NCBI GenBank assembly: GCA_002269645.1
Contig: NIVC01000014.1
Coordinates: 62,001 to 126,000, forward strand
Origin: Macrostomum lignano
Taxonomy: Eukaryota
Reading direction: 5' to 3'
DNA length: 64,000 nt
Each line of letters starts with the position of its first letter. Position 1 is the first letter of the stretch. Shown piece by piece: positions 35,485-56,563 of the stretch. The position numbers and the translations under genes are program-made. The notes beneath the pieces are model-generated. The model did not search any database. It was not told the DNA's origin and saw only the letters and a program-made list of their open reading frames with translations.

Positions 35485-36058
35485 AGGTGGTTTGAGGGCG
35501 ATTCTGCAGGTGGTTTGAGAGCGATTCTGCAGGTGGTTTGAGGGCGGTTCTAAAGGTGGTTTGAGGGCGGTTCTAAAGGTGGTTTGAGGGCGATTCTGCA
35601 GGTGGTTTGAGGGCGGTTCTAAAGGTGGTTTGAGGGCGGTTCTAAAGGTGGTTTGAGGGCGATTCTGCAGGTGGTTTGAGGGCGGTTCTAAAGGTGGTTT
35701 GAGGGCGATTCTGCAGGTGGTTTGAGGGCGGTTCTGCAGGTGGTTTGAGGGCGGTTCTGCAGGTGGTTTGAGGGCGGTTCTGCAGGTGGTTTGAGGGCGG
35801 TTCTAAAGGTGGTTTGAGGGCGGTTCTGCAGGTGGTTTGAGGGCGGTTCTGCAGGTGGTTTGAGGGCGGTTCTGCAGGTGGTTTGAGGGCGATTCTGCAG
35901 GTGGTTTGAGGGCGATTCTGCAGGTGGTTTGAGGGCGATTCTGCAGGTGGTTTGAGGGCGGTTCTGCAGGTGGTTTGAGGGCGATTCTGCGGGTGGTTTG
36001 AGGGCGGTTCTAAAGGTGGTTTGAGGGCGGTTCTGCAGGTGGTTTGAGGGCGGTTCTT
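35485..36058. repeat. 23-bp minisatellite (gagggcggttctgcaggtggttt)
   Basis: Visible; 23-aa ORF period. Confidence 0.95.
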
Positions 36059-36686
36059 AAGGTGTATTTTGATGAAATTCTGGAGTGACGTGGATGGTTG
36101 GTTACCAAGGCTACGAGGGATGATCACATTGGATTAAAAAAAAAATAGAAAAAGCTCATCTGCAACACAAATTTACTGCAAAAACGCAAAAAGCAACTAC
36201 ATAAAAATTGTGCAATTTTGTTAGAATAAAATGAAATAAATTCAACAAGTTAGTTAGTGGTGGAGCCAATTGGACCATGAAGTCAATTGATGAAAGATCA
36301 ACAAAGACTATGTGGCCCTAATAAAACTTCAGATAGGTCTTTGTTAAGTAGATGACCTGTGGACAATCTAAAGTCAAAACAACGTTACAATCTCAAGCGG
36401 GGCAATAAGTAAAATTTGACAATGTGCCCTGGGTTTGTTTATCTATGGTGGAATCCCCCCCAATGTCTCATGCAATTGAATGTATCCCAAGGCTCCAAGG
36501 TGTACATGCCTGATCGACTAGAAAGTCAAATGGGCGATGTACATCCTGTGTGAGCGTGTGTTTTGGCGCGCTTGTTTAATTTCTTTAAAATTTACAACAG
36601 TCGCGATTCTTGGCCTATTTTCCAATTTAATAGTACATATAAACTTCTTTGAGAAAATAATACACTTTTATAATCAATCGCACTAT

Positions 36687-43794
<7,108 letters not shown>

Positions 43795-43944
43795 TGTTTA
43801 ATATTTGTACAAAATATATTTTTTTCTTTTTAAATTGAATAAAAATCACAGCGACTTTCCAGTGACCTTCAGGCTTTTAGTCAAGCCATACTATGGCTGA
43901 TGGTAGCAGAGATAAGTTTTCACCAGAAAACATTTGAGTACACT

Positions 43945-44430
43945 GACTTATTTAAACTCAAACTTGAGGATCTCAATGGGAACGTAAACTTGAGGATCCC
44001 TAGTGTGAACTCAAACTTAAGAATCTCTAAGGGAACTTAAATTTGAGGATCTCTATGGGAACTCAAACTTGAGCATCTCTATGGGAACTCAAACTTGAAG
44101 ATCTCTATGGGAACTCAAACTTGAAGATCTCTATGGGGACTCAAACTTGAAGATCTCTATGGGAACTCAAACTTGAAGATCTCTATGGGAACTCAAACTT
44201 GAGGATCTCTATGGGAACTCAAACTTGAAGATCTCTATGGGAACTCAAACTTGAAGATCTCTATGGGAACTCAAACTTGAGCATCTCTATTGGAACTCAA
44301 ACTTGAGCATCTCTATTGGAACTCAAACTTGAGCATCTCTATTGGAACTCAAACTTGAGCATCTCTATTGGAACTCAAACTTGAGGATCTCTGTGAGAAC
44401 TCGAACTTGAGGATATCTATGGGAACTCTC
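43945..44430. repeat. 26-bp minisatellite (aaacttgaagatctctatgggaactc)
   Basis: Visible between RPS13 and NEDD4. Confidence 0.92.
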
Positions 44431-44690
44431 TATGGGATGGGCAACTCCAGCTTGATAAATATCGGAAGTTGAAGGATTGAATCTAAGAATGGAGAGTGTG
44501 AGGTAGCCTATGTATGTATTTTCTACTAAAAATGAATAACACAAGCCTAAAACAGCATTTCTTCCAACAGAGGCTTTATCAGACTGTCCGTTTATTTTTC
44601 TGTCTTGCTAGTCCAATTCATTCTATCTACTAAGACTCAACACAAACTGCTCATAGTCTCACATATAATAAAGTCATCGCCAAATCCAAT

Positions 44691-45146
44691 CTAAGCCACA
44701 AGAGTCGAAGCGGTGGACGATTCGTACTTCCAGTTGCTAGGCAGGGTGCCGCGAGTCTTGTAGTACCTGGCCAATCGGTGAATACGACTCTCAACTAGAA
44801 TCAGACGGAACTTTGAATCCTTATCCTTGCGATTGCGCTCCAGATGCTTGCGAATGGCCACTGCCTTTTTAATTAGGTAGTAGAGATCCTCTGGCAGGCT
44901 GGCGGCCAGGCCCTTGGCCTTCAGGATGCGCAGGATCTTGTTGCCAGCCACCCAGCGGGCCTGGGCCACGCCGTGCGAGTCCCTCAGGATGACACCAATC
45001 TGCGACGGGGTCAGGCCCTTCTTAGCCAGCTTGCAGATCTGATCGATGACGTCATCGGCGCTCAGTTTCAGCCAGAGCGGCACGGAGCGACGATAGGGCA
45101 GAGCCGATTGGCTCAGACCTTTGCCAGGCGTGTGCATGCGACCCAT
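44691..45146 (-). CDS. RPS13: 40S ribosomal protein S13 (uS15), 151 aa, no intron in the CDS
   Basis: [20 protein letters not shown]...[29 protein letters not shown]...[13 protein letters not shown]; AATAAA about 100 nt past the stop. Confidence 0.97.
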   Translation of the reverse strand: MGRMHTPGKGLSQSALPYRRSVPLWLKLSADDVIDQICKLAKKGLTPSQIGVILRDSHGVAQARWVAGNKILRILKAKGLAASLPEDLYYLIKKAVAIRKHLERNRKDKDSKFRLILVESRIHRLARYYKTRGTLPSNWKYESSTASTLVA

Positions 45147-45320
45147 GATTTAATTTAGTCAGGTGAGTTCAAATTCTGAATAGACTAGTATTGCCTCTGG
45201 AATATTGTGTTTTAAAAAGTAATGAGTTAATAAGATTATTACCCAACAGATTTGGTAACATTATTAAGGATATAAAGAGTACCCGAATTGAATGTTAGTC
45301 TTGACCCACTTGGAACAATT

Positions 45321-45385
45321 TGTGTCCTTGAGCAAGACACTTAACTCTGCATTGCTTCAGCTCACCCAGCTGTAAAATGGGTTCC
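45321..45385 (+). mobile_element. CORE-SINE-like fragment
   Basis: tgtgtccttgagcaagacacttaactct..cttcagctcacccagctgtaaaatggg resembles the MIR/CORE consensus as I recall it (gtgaccttgggcaagtcacttaacctct..cctcagtttcctcatctgtaaaatggg). Confidence 0.55.
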
Positions 45386-46530
45386 AGCATTGTTGGGGCA
45401 ATTGAGGCTAGGTGTGTGTGGCGACCCTTAGTCCTTGGACTAAACAGCCATATGTAGCCTTTGGATGTGATATATAATTAAACTATGGCTTAAGTTGTTG
45501 GATGCACACTTTTCCATTAGTGCATGTATATGAAAATGTATTTCAAGTGTTCAAAATAGCAGTTTTGGCTTCTAGTTGTCACACATAAAAAATGAGAAAA
45601 AACTGTCATGTCCTAGATTAAGAATTCTAATAAAATGTATGAATTTTTTGACAAATTTGGTCCTTTCATAATAATTTTTGATTCATTTTGTGACAATAAT
45701 GATTTCTAACTAAATACTCTATTGGTTGGTTATTTGGGTAATAATAATGATGATATTCCATAAGAGGGTTCTAGACACCTTATATCATTAATAGGCCTAG
45801 CTTTAGCATTAACACTGTTCTTCAACTAGCACTAAGGCAATTTTACCCATTCTGTTAGTTCCTAAGCACATATAAATATGTAAATATTATACATGAGTAA
45901 ATTATAATAGACCAAAATGACAGAAAATTGACAAGTTTAAAAAAGAATGCAAATTAAAGACATAATTTTTATATAAGTTGCACAACCAACTTTTTAGTCC
46001 AAAATTAAGTTGCATATCATTAAAATTTATATACTATATTATTTATAAATGTTTTATAGTTGCTAAATCAACATTGCTATCATGGCATACATTTGTATAA
46101 TATAAAGAATTTATTAATGGCAATGCTTACTTAGCTAGCATTGGTTAAGCAAGCTCTAAGGATTACTAAAATATAGGAAAAAAAGAAATTGGCTAAAATG
46201 GAAAAAAGTTATAGGCTGATTTTTCTTATGATCTTTAGAATTTATTATTCAACAATTGAACAGGTTTTTCTCCAGCCTAAATATAAGATATCCTAAAAGA
46301 TGCACAACCCAGTTTTTATTTCTTTCTTCTAAGAGAAGCAGTAAGTCTTTTGGTACATTATACCTCTATTTTCTCTATGTATTATATAGCTCATAAAAAT
46401 GTCTTATAAAAAGCTGCTATCAGAGAACTTGTCATCTATGGCATAAAATGCAAACTTTTTTTCTAATCTTCTACTAATGCTAGTTCTTTCCATCTTTATT
46501 AAGTTTACAAATGATAATTGTCAATAACTA

Positions 46531-46975
46531 ATGCCAAGAAAATGCTTTGTTCTAGGATACAAGTCCAATTAGGCTATAAGTCTAAAAAGAAGACAATCAA
46601 AGTGTTTATCTTTCTAAAGGACCCAGATGAATTTGGGAAATGAAGACTGGCATTGCCAAATTATATAAAGGTAATTAGAACTTTTGAAGAAACTTTTCAT
46701 TTTTTTAACATTAAATTTCAATAGCAAAATTAAGTTTGAATAATAACTGTAATATTTGCAAGATGCAACTCTACATATGGCAATATGTGAAAAGCACAGG
46801 CTACTTTCAACAATGATATTAAAGATGTGTCAATGGAAAAGATTAGCCATTTTAGCTATATTTTTATTCTATTATCCTATCTTCCTACTTTGTGCAATCT
46901 ATTTTAAATCAATGTAAATAAAAAATTCATGTCCTAACTTAAGCTGACTAATACTGTTCCTACACCTATTCATTT
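46531..46975 (+). pseudogene. Decayed THAP-domain gene (probable P-element-type transposase N-terminus)
   Basis: MPRKCFVLGYKSN*, then (frameshift) KTIKVFIFLKDPDEFGK*RLALPN; donor gt at 46671; then MAICEKH at about 46782 and LKLTNTVPTP at about 46938. These match the THAP C..C/FP/W/C..H/AVPT elements. Confidence 0.65.
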
Positions 46976-47913
46976 TTTTGAGTTAAAAGTCTTATAAATG
47001 TATTCAATAATAAAAATTTTTTTCAGTATCATTAAGAAAGTTGAAAGATTGTTACATCTTGAGTTTTGGTTAAAATATTCAACCTGAAAAGTGATAAATA
47101 AAAAGAATTCTTAAAAATTGATAGCCAGGCAAAGCCAGCCTAGCTAGGCTATAGAAACATAGTGGCTTTCTAAAATCTGCATCTATTTTTTGTATAATAC
47201 TTGTTCTTTGTTTTATCTTGCAATATAGAAGTCTATTAGTTTAGCTTAGATCCAAGTGAAAAAATAAAAATTTGAGCATTCATAGCTCTAAATTTTGCTA
47301 CTCATACTATGAGTCATAGCTTTCATTATCATTCCCTTGTTATATTATGTGATATATTGAGATTTTAACCAATGTTTAAAATATATAGTTTATAACTGGA
47401 TACAATTACAATTATTTTAAGATTCAACAATACTAAAGTTATGCCAGCTTTATATTGCATTCTAAAAGATGTGCCTTTTGTGTTTAACAAATTTTTCTAA
47501 CCATTTCCAAATGCTTTTTTCTTAATCATGAGTTTCTAGTAATTGCAGTCTTGCATTAACTATCAAATTGTTTATTAACTGCCTTAAGCCGCCTTAATTC
47601 TTTGGCTTATAGCCTTTTTACATGCAGTGGCGAAACTATGATTTTGAAAAGGGGGGATAAACGGATTTGGGCAAAAATCGGAGAAGTGAAGAAATAGCCT
47701 ATTTGACCAAAAGACAAACTTGGATCCACGACACAGTATATACTTGTGAGTTTTAGTATATTGGAAAAGATTGATTGACACAATATTTCACTGTCTTTAC
47801 GGACACTACTGGCAACATTCGAGCTACCTACGTACATGTATCGAATCATTTGCATTTAAAGCCCATTGTTCAGAGACAACTGCCGTGCCCCCAGGCATGT
47901 GAGTGGTAGATTA

Positions 47914-48092
47914 CTAGGAACACGGCCGCCGTGTCTCCATACACAGAGCTAGGGACATGGCGGCCATGCCGCGAGTCCACACAGCTAAAGACATGGCCAC
48001 CGTGGCTCTAGGCACAGAGTAGCGTGGTAGCTAGGGACACGGTGGCCGTGTCCTTAGACATAGAGTTAGAGGCACGGCCGGTGTGTCCCTAG
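47914..48092. repeat. Five degenerate about 36-bp units, each with a palindrome (ctagggacacggcNgccgtgtccctag)
   Basis: Units start at about 47914, 47949, 47985, 48030 and 48066. Confidence 0.65.
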
Positions 48093-49254
48093 TCATGGCG
48101 TTCTTAGATAGACTTTTTCTTTATAAATGTTTGCAGAATGTGTAATGTTGTGTTTTCCTATTTGTAAAGTCTAAAAATTAAAAATCCATAGATGTATGGC
48201 ATCTCAATCTCATTGTTTGAAAGTAAAAGAAAACCATCAGTTGTATATTGTATTTTGCAAAGCATTAATGCTATTAAAAGCAATATAATAGCCAGTAATA
48301 GGCCAAGACCTACAGCTACATCTACATATGCAAAAATTAAATAGGCCTAACTTGTGATTTGTGAAGTGTTATCATAGGCCTAATATAATAGTAGACCTAA
48401 CATTATAGTATATACTCTACTATAGTATTTATATTACATATACATATAGTGAATAAGTAGATAGATGCAGTAGATTAAATATACATATACGCCTAGATTG
48501 GATAAAATATCTGAACAAGATTAGACATTATACAAAATTCGAATTTTTCTTTTGTTTAAATACTCCTAGGGCCTAAACAAATAATTAAGACTTTTGTTTT
48601 GTGCAGTGTAGGCGTATTTTTGTGAGTGTCAATTTTAATATTACTATATTAGCATTATATTAGTAATTTACAAGTTTTATATAGACACTTTTATTAGCTT
48701 GACCTTGAAATCGTCTTTTGACTAGATTTAACATGTTTCAGTTTTAACTTCGAATCTTAAATATTTGGCAGGTCAATCTGCGAAATGCAGGACGTCAAAA
48801 ATTGAGTAAAAACTGACCTAAAAAAAACAAAATCCTTAGTTTCAAATATTTGTTAGTCTTTACAGAAGCCATTTTTTTCTGTAATACTTGATTAAAATAA
48901 ATTTATTAAAACAAAAAGTTTTATAGTGGTTAATCAATACTGCTAAAAATAGCATTTTATCTACTTCACACGTGCATTCACAACCTACATGTAGCTGAGC
49001 TTTTAGATTCACTGGTCAGACGTCAGTACGTTAAGTAGGGGATTTAAAATTAGAGGATTGTGAATAATCTAGAGGCCATAACATAACCTAGAATCTAGAG
49101 CTACTTGCACCTCATCATTTCCACCTGATTGCATTTCGTCATTCACTAATCACTAGTGACTAAAGTGCTTCTTTAGAACTAAAAGATTTAGATTTATTTC
49201 TAAAGAATTTGTTGAAGTCTTACGTCGCATATATATAATATATATGTCTGTTGA

Positions 49255-49759
49255 TGGAGCACGAGAAATGCCCGCAGACGAATTGCCCGCCAAGATTTGC
49301 CCGCAGATTTGCCCGCCGAGATTTGCCCGAAGTGCATTTTGCCCGTGAGCAAATTGCATGCCCGTGGAGATTTTCCTGCCAAGAATTGCCCGCAGTGAAA
49401 TTTTCCCGCGAGTGGATTGCCCGCGAGCGAGTTACCCGCAGAGTTTTTTCTGCCAGAGGTTTGCCCGCAATGCTTTTTTACTGCAGCGCATTTGGCAGCT
49501 AGATTCTGTATGTGTTGCCTTGCCCCCCCCCCCCAAAAAAATATGCATTTGAAATGCAGTTACTATCAAAAAGTTTTGATCGTTTAAATCTCTTTACTAA
49601 GAATTATTACATGTAATAAGCATTGGGAAGGCAATGCAGACAAAATCTGCAGTAAAAAAGCATTGCGGGCAAACCTCGGCGGGAAAAAACGCCGCGGGCA
49701 ATCCACTCGTAGGCAAATCTCCTGCGGGCAATTCGTCTGCGGGCAATTCTCATGGACCC
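49255..49759. mobile_element. Foldback-type MITE, 505 bp, 9-bp TSD gtctgttga (Mutator-like)
   Basis: TSD at 49246-49254 and 49760-49768. Terminal gagaaatgcccgcagacgaattgcccgc and gcgggcaattcgtctgcgggcaattctc are inverted; inner inverted pair gaggtttgcccgcaatgcttttttactgcag / ctgcagtaaaaaagcattgcgggcaaacctc. Confidence 0.85.
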
Positions 49760-50769
49760 GTCTGTTGAGACATTATTTAGCGAACCATGATTTGATGAGA
49801 TTTACGTGATTAAAATAAATAAAGCAAGAAAATAGAATCCATCTGAAAAATATTTTAATGCTACTAATGTGTAACAGCATTGATGCATAAAAAAATTCTG
49901 TTTATTATTAACGGATAAATATTGCAGGAATTCATATACAATCTATTTTTCATCGCAAAAAATAATTCTTTACACGGGATTTGGGTACATGAATATTGCA
50001 GTAGTGAGATTAATAAAAAAACACAGGCAAAACTAAATAAACAAAGAATCATATTGCTGGAAAAATACATAAAACTCCTGTAAAAATTAGCATACTACAT
50101 GTATAAGAATGTGCGACAGTTGCAACAACCAGCATATCTACACGCAATTATAAATAACTACGGGCTAACAAAACAAAACCGAAGTGAGCTACAAAACAGG
50201 CAAATTTAATCGATTGAGTTAAATTTACAGTACAAGGTAAAATATTTCAATTTCTCCTATACACATAGCATATATTTTGTGTCAGTTAAAATATATTATT
50301 ATGCATTCATGAAGACAAAAACAGATACAAGCTATTTATTGCAATCAAACACTGCCCGAGTAAAAATATACCAGTTTGTTTTGTGTTTTTTTCTAATCAT
50401 TGAGTAGGAAAACTGCTGAAAGTGCATTTGATGCTTCAAGTTAATGTCAATTTGTCAGGAAACATATATAACTTTGTGACAACTGCTAGCATAGCATAGC
50501 AAAAAACGTATTATTCACGCGAAAAAAACTTAAGGCATTTATATCAACAAAGAGTTATGTGAAGCAAATATTTACGGAAAAATAATATTGAATCCCATGA
50601 GTAATTTTGGTGTGGTTCATTTTAAATAGATTTGCACTGTGATCGCAGTATCCAACCACTGAGCAGCCACCGTGATTTCGTTTTACTGATTGTCTGCAAT
50701 AATCTCATTTTCGATTAAAGCTTAGCATTTAATTGCCTGTTTAAGACTATGAGCATTCATCTTGATGAA

Positions 50770-51204
50770 CTGGGAAACTGGCCAAGCAACTGGGGATTTG
50801 GGAGGCTGGCCCAGCAACTGAGGATTTGGGAGGCTGGCCCAGCAACTGAGGTTCTGGGAGGCTGGTGGCCCAGCAACTCAGGATCTCGGAGGCTGGCCCA
50901 GCAACTGAGGTTCTGGGAGGCTGGTGGCCCAGCAACTCAGGATCTCGGAGGCTGGCCCAGCAACTGAGGATCTGGGAGGCTGTTGGCCCTGCAACTGAGG
51001 TTCTGGGAGGCTGGCCCAGCAACTGAGGATCTGGGAAGTTGGCCAAGCAACTGAGGATCTGGGAGGCTGGCCCAGCAACTGAGGATCTGGGAGGCTGGCC
51101 CAGCAACTGAGGATCTGGGAGGCTGGCCCAGCAACTGAGGATCTGGGAGGCTGGCCCAGCAACTGAGGATCTGGGAGGCTGGCCCAGCAACTGAGGATCT
51201 GGGA
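50770..51204. repeat. 28-bp minisatellite, same unit as 37150-37406
   Basis: tgggaggctggcccagcaactgaggatc repeated downstream of the ARF6 stop. Confidence 0.92.
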
Positions 51205-51453
51205 AAGGTGATAGCCGTTGTGACAGTACTTTTTTGTGCTCCTTGACCCACTTGTCTGTCTGTCCTCTCTAACCCATGCAACTGTACCCCGGGCCTCAAA
51301 ACCCAGACTGAAACCCTCTGAGGTTCAGCCTCTGAGGTATAAATACAAGCGAGACTGTGTTCCCTAAGAATGGTCTAAGAGTTAGTCTAAAGGAAAAAGC
51401 TTTAGTTGCAACAATACGATAAAACAAATTCCAGGTAGCTAGTGATGACATCA

Positions 51454-53450
<1,997 letters not shown>

Positions 53451-54614
53451 TTATGTAAGTAGTGCGAGTTGTATTATTTGACTGCCAAGTTTGCAAAAAA
53501 TTGTTAGCAATACTTGATGATCAGGATTTTTCTTTATGATTTTATCAAAAAATTCAGCACAGTCTGAAATACAGAATAAAATAGAGAAAAGTAGATTACT
53601 ATGTAATGTGTGGTCAAGTAATGTATATAATGTAATTCAAGCTGGTCAGAGACATGTCTATTGTGCCCAGATCAGAATTCAAAATGTAAAACTATCCCAT
53701 GTGCTGACGCTCTTTTTGGTTGGCAACAATTCTCGGCCTCGGGTGCAAAGCCAAAGGTTTTAACTGGAGATGGTTGACATTTTCCCGAGCCTCTAATTTA
53801 CATTGATGGCAAAGCCCAGCAACATTCTTATTCAGCAGTGCATACCCTAGATGAAGTTCTGTTCACTTATTCTTGGCAGAGCTGTTCTTATTTAAATCTC
53901 TTTTGTCTTCAAGATCATACAAATCTTCACAAGCAATTTTTTTTCTATTGGTACATAATAAACATCATTTTGGTTCATAGAAAACATTATTTTCTTATTA
54001 TTAAGTAAAGATAAAATAAAATTGCTGTGTATCACAAAAAAGACTTTCATATATTTTCACATTTCTCTGCTGTATTTTGTCAGATCAGTTCTTGCAGATC
54101 TGTACAAACCAGTACAAATTGTTTTTTTCACAAATTTTTTAACAGAATAGTCAATATGTTTTTTAAATGATTGAAACTTATTTTAGTTGTCCTTTGGGTA
54201 GCCAACAGGAAATGAATTTGTTTAAATATTTTTTCTACCATTTTGAACATACTGAACCCTTTTAATTTGAATTTTCAGTCTTTTGATGTATCCAAATTGT
54301 TAGTTCTTTCTTTAGACCTAGCCAAAGAAATTATTTTTTCCTTAAATTGTTTCATAGTGTAGTATCAATATGAGTATAGGCATGGCTTTAAATGTTGAGT
54401 AGAAAGCGGAAGGATCGACAATTTAAAAAAATTGACATTGACAAACTACAAAATGTATGCTATATAGGCTTGTATCTTACTCCTATCTATATAAGTAGAC
54501 CTATGACTTTGTTCTATGCTGTAATAGAATCAGAATGTATGTTTAGACCTAGTGATATTGTCCATTAATAATATATTTTTCCCCCAAGGGTCTAGCTAGT
54601 AAGGGTCTGATAAG

Positions 54615-56025
54615 GGTCTAGCCTCTAATGATTTTTTATTTGGTTACACTAAACCAATGGGAGGCTAGAGGCTAGGCTAGAGGCTCGACTCTTGGGTGTC
54701 GCAGCCTCTAAAAATGACCCAGATTTGATGCTTGCTATTTGAGGCTCATATTGAAGGTTGGATTAGAGGCTGGAGATTTGATGCTGAATTTGAGGCTAGA
54801 TTAGATGCTCAATTAGAGGTTGGATTCAAGATTGGCAATTTGATGCTCAGTTAGAGGCTCAATTAGAGGCTGGATTTAAGACTGGCAATTTGATGCTCAG
54901 TTAGAGGCTCAATTAGATGCTCAATTAGAAGATGAATTCAAGACTAGCATAGTTTTTTTTCAAAGGCAATAATAAGCAGTTAGACAATGTCTGTTCAAAA
55001 AGATGTTAGAAGGCAGAAGGCCATGTAATCCGTCATATGAATTGTATTGTAACATACTAAACAATAATGATGTATAGAATTATGAAATATAACTTATCTG
55101 CCACACAGATATCTGCATAGTATATTTTCCCTCCTTAAGATTTGGTGCACATAATGTATTTACTTATACAGAGACAGGTGTCTTACTAGGTACAGGTGAA
55201 TATATACAGAGTTTAAATTTTTGTAGGAGGGATATTTGCTCCTCTATTTGCAAAAGAGCTGCAGGCACACACCATTAAGACTCCAACTTGAGCTTCTCTT
55301 TCAGTCTCAAATCTGACCTCTAATCCAGTCTCTAATCTAGCCTTGAATCTAGCCTCTAATCTAGCCTCAAATCTAGCCTTGAATCCAGCCTCTAATCTAG
55401 CCTCAAATCCAGCCTCTAATCTGACCTCTAATCCAGCCTCTAACTTGAACATCAAATCTAGCCTCTATTTCAGCCTTAAATCCAACCTCTATTCCAGCCT
55501 TAAATCCAACCTCTATTCCAGCCTTAAATCCAACCTCTATTCTAGCCTCTAATCCATCCTCTAACTTAAACATCAAATCCATCCTCTAACTTAAACATCA
55601 AATCCATCCTCTAACTTAAACATCAAATCCAGCCTCTAATTCAGCCTCTTATCTGACCTCTAACTTGAACATCAAATCCAGCCTCTATTCAAGCCTCTAA
55701 TCCATCCTCTAACTTAAACATCAAATCCATCCTCTAACTTAAACATCAAATCCAGCCTCTAACTTGAACATCAAATCCAGCTGCTAACTTGAACATCGAA
55801 TACAGCCTCTATTCCAGCCTTGAATTCAACCTCTAATCTAGCCTCTAAATTAAACATCAAATCCAGGCTCAAAAAGCCTCTAATCCAGTCTTGAATCTAG
55901 CATCAAATACAATCTCTTTCAATGCTAAAGATAATTTTTGAGGCTAGCATCAAACCAGCCTTGAAAAATCTGCTTTGAGGTTTATTTGAGGCTGCGTTTG
56001 AGGCTAGGGAAAAAATCAGAGGCTG
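54615..56025. mobile_element. Degenerate foldback-like element with inverted arrays of agaggctggattt / aaatccagcctct
   Basis: Left arm about 54615-54945 (ttagaggctggattt...gatgct); right arm about 55290-56025 carries the reverse-complement units. Both ends share gcctc..tgattttt. Confidence 0.55.
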
Positions 56026-56563
56026 CCTTTATCCTATCAGGATAGCTAGTCCTGTATGCCTTACTATTTAGTGGCCTGTCAATCTATGCAAAAGTTTTCA
56101 GTTGACTTTGAACACTCTAATTTTCTGACCATGTGTGAGCTGTTGATATAATAAAATATCTCAGATAAAAAATTGCCTCACTTTGCTAGCTGTAGCTATA
56201 TGCTAAGCTTATTTATACTTTTGCATATGCTTATGTGTAGCTATGATAAATATGCCTATATGAAATGCATTAATGAATAATTTAGCTACCAACAAAAAAT
56301 AATGGCACCAGCTAATTAGGCGTAGTTAGAAAAATAGTTTATACTCTTTGGTGTAAGCAAAATATTTCGCTGTTTTTAATTAAAACAATATATAACTTTT
56401 CAATAATTTAAAAAGTTTAATTACGAATCATTTGTACTCGTAGCTAACTATAGTTAAATACTTTACCTACTATGTTCTGCATAGTCAGTAGCCTTTTTAT
56501 CCATTTCTCACTGTTAAAAAGTTGACAGTGGTAAGATATAAACTATTCTTTTCAGCTTTAGCC

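Noticed and set aside
43795-44690. RPS13-NEDD4 operon resolved by trans-splicing
   Set aside because: The same orientation and 0.9-kb spacing are suggestive, but nothing in the sequence demonstrates it.
44691-45146. RPS13 as a processed pseudogene
   Set aside because: The ORF is intact and conserved, with a polyadenylation signal but no genomic poly(A) or TSD. Lack of CDS introns alone is insufficient.
53900-54350. Possible decayed Penelope-like RT/GIY-YIG on the minus strand (GYPK...IDYSVKKFVKK)
   Set aside because: Similarity is too short and interrupted to support by eye.
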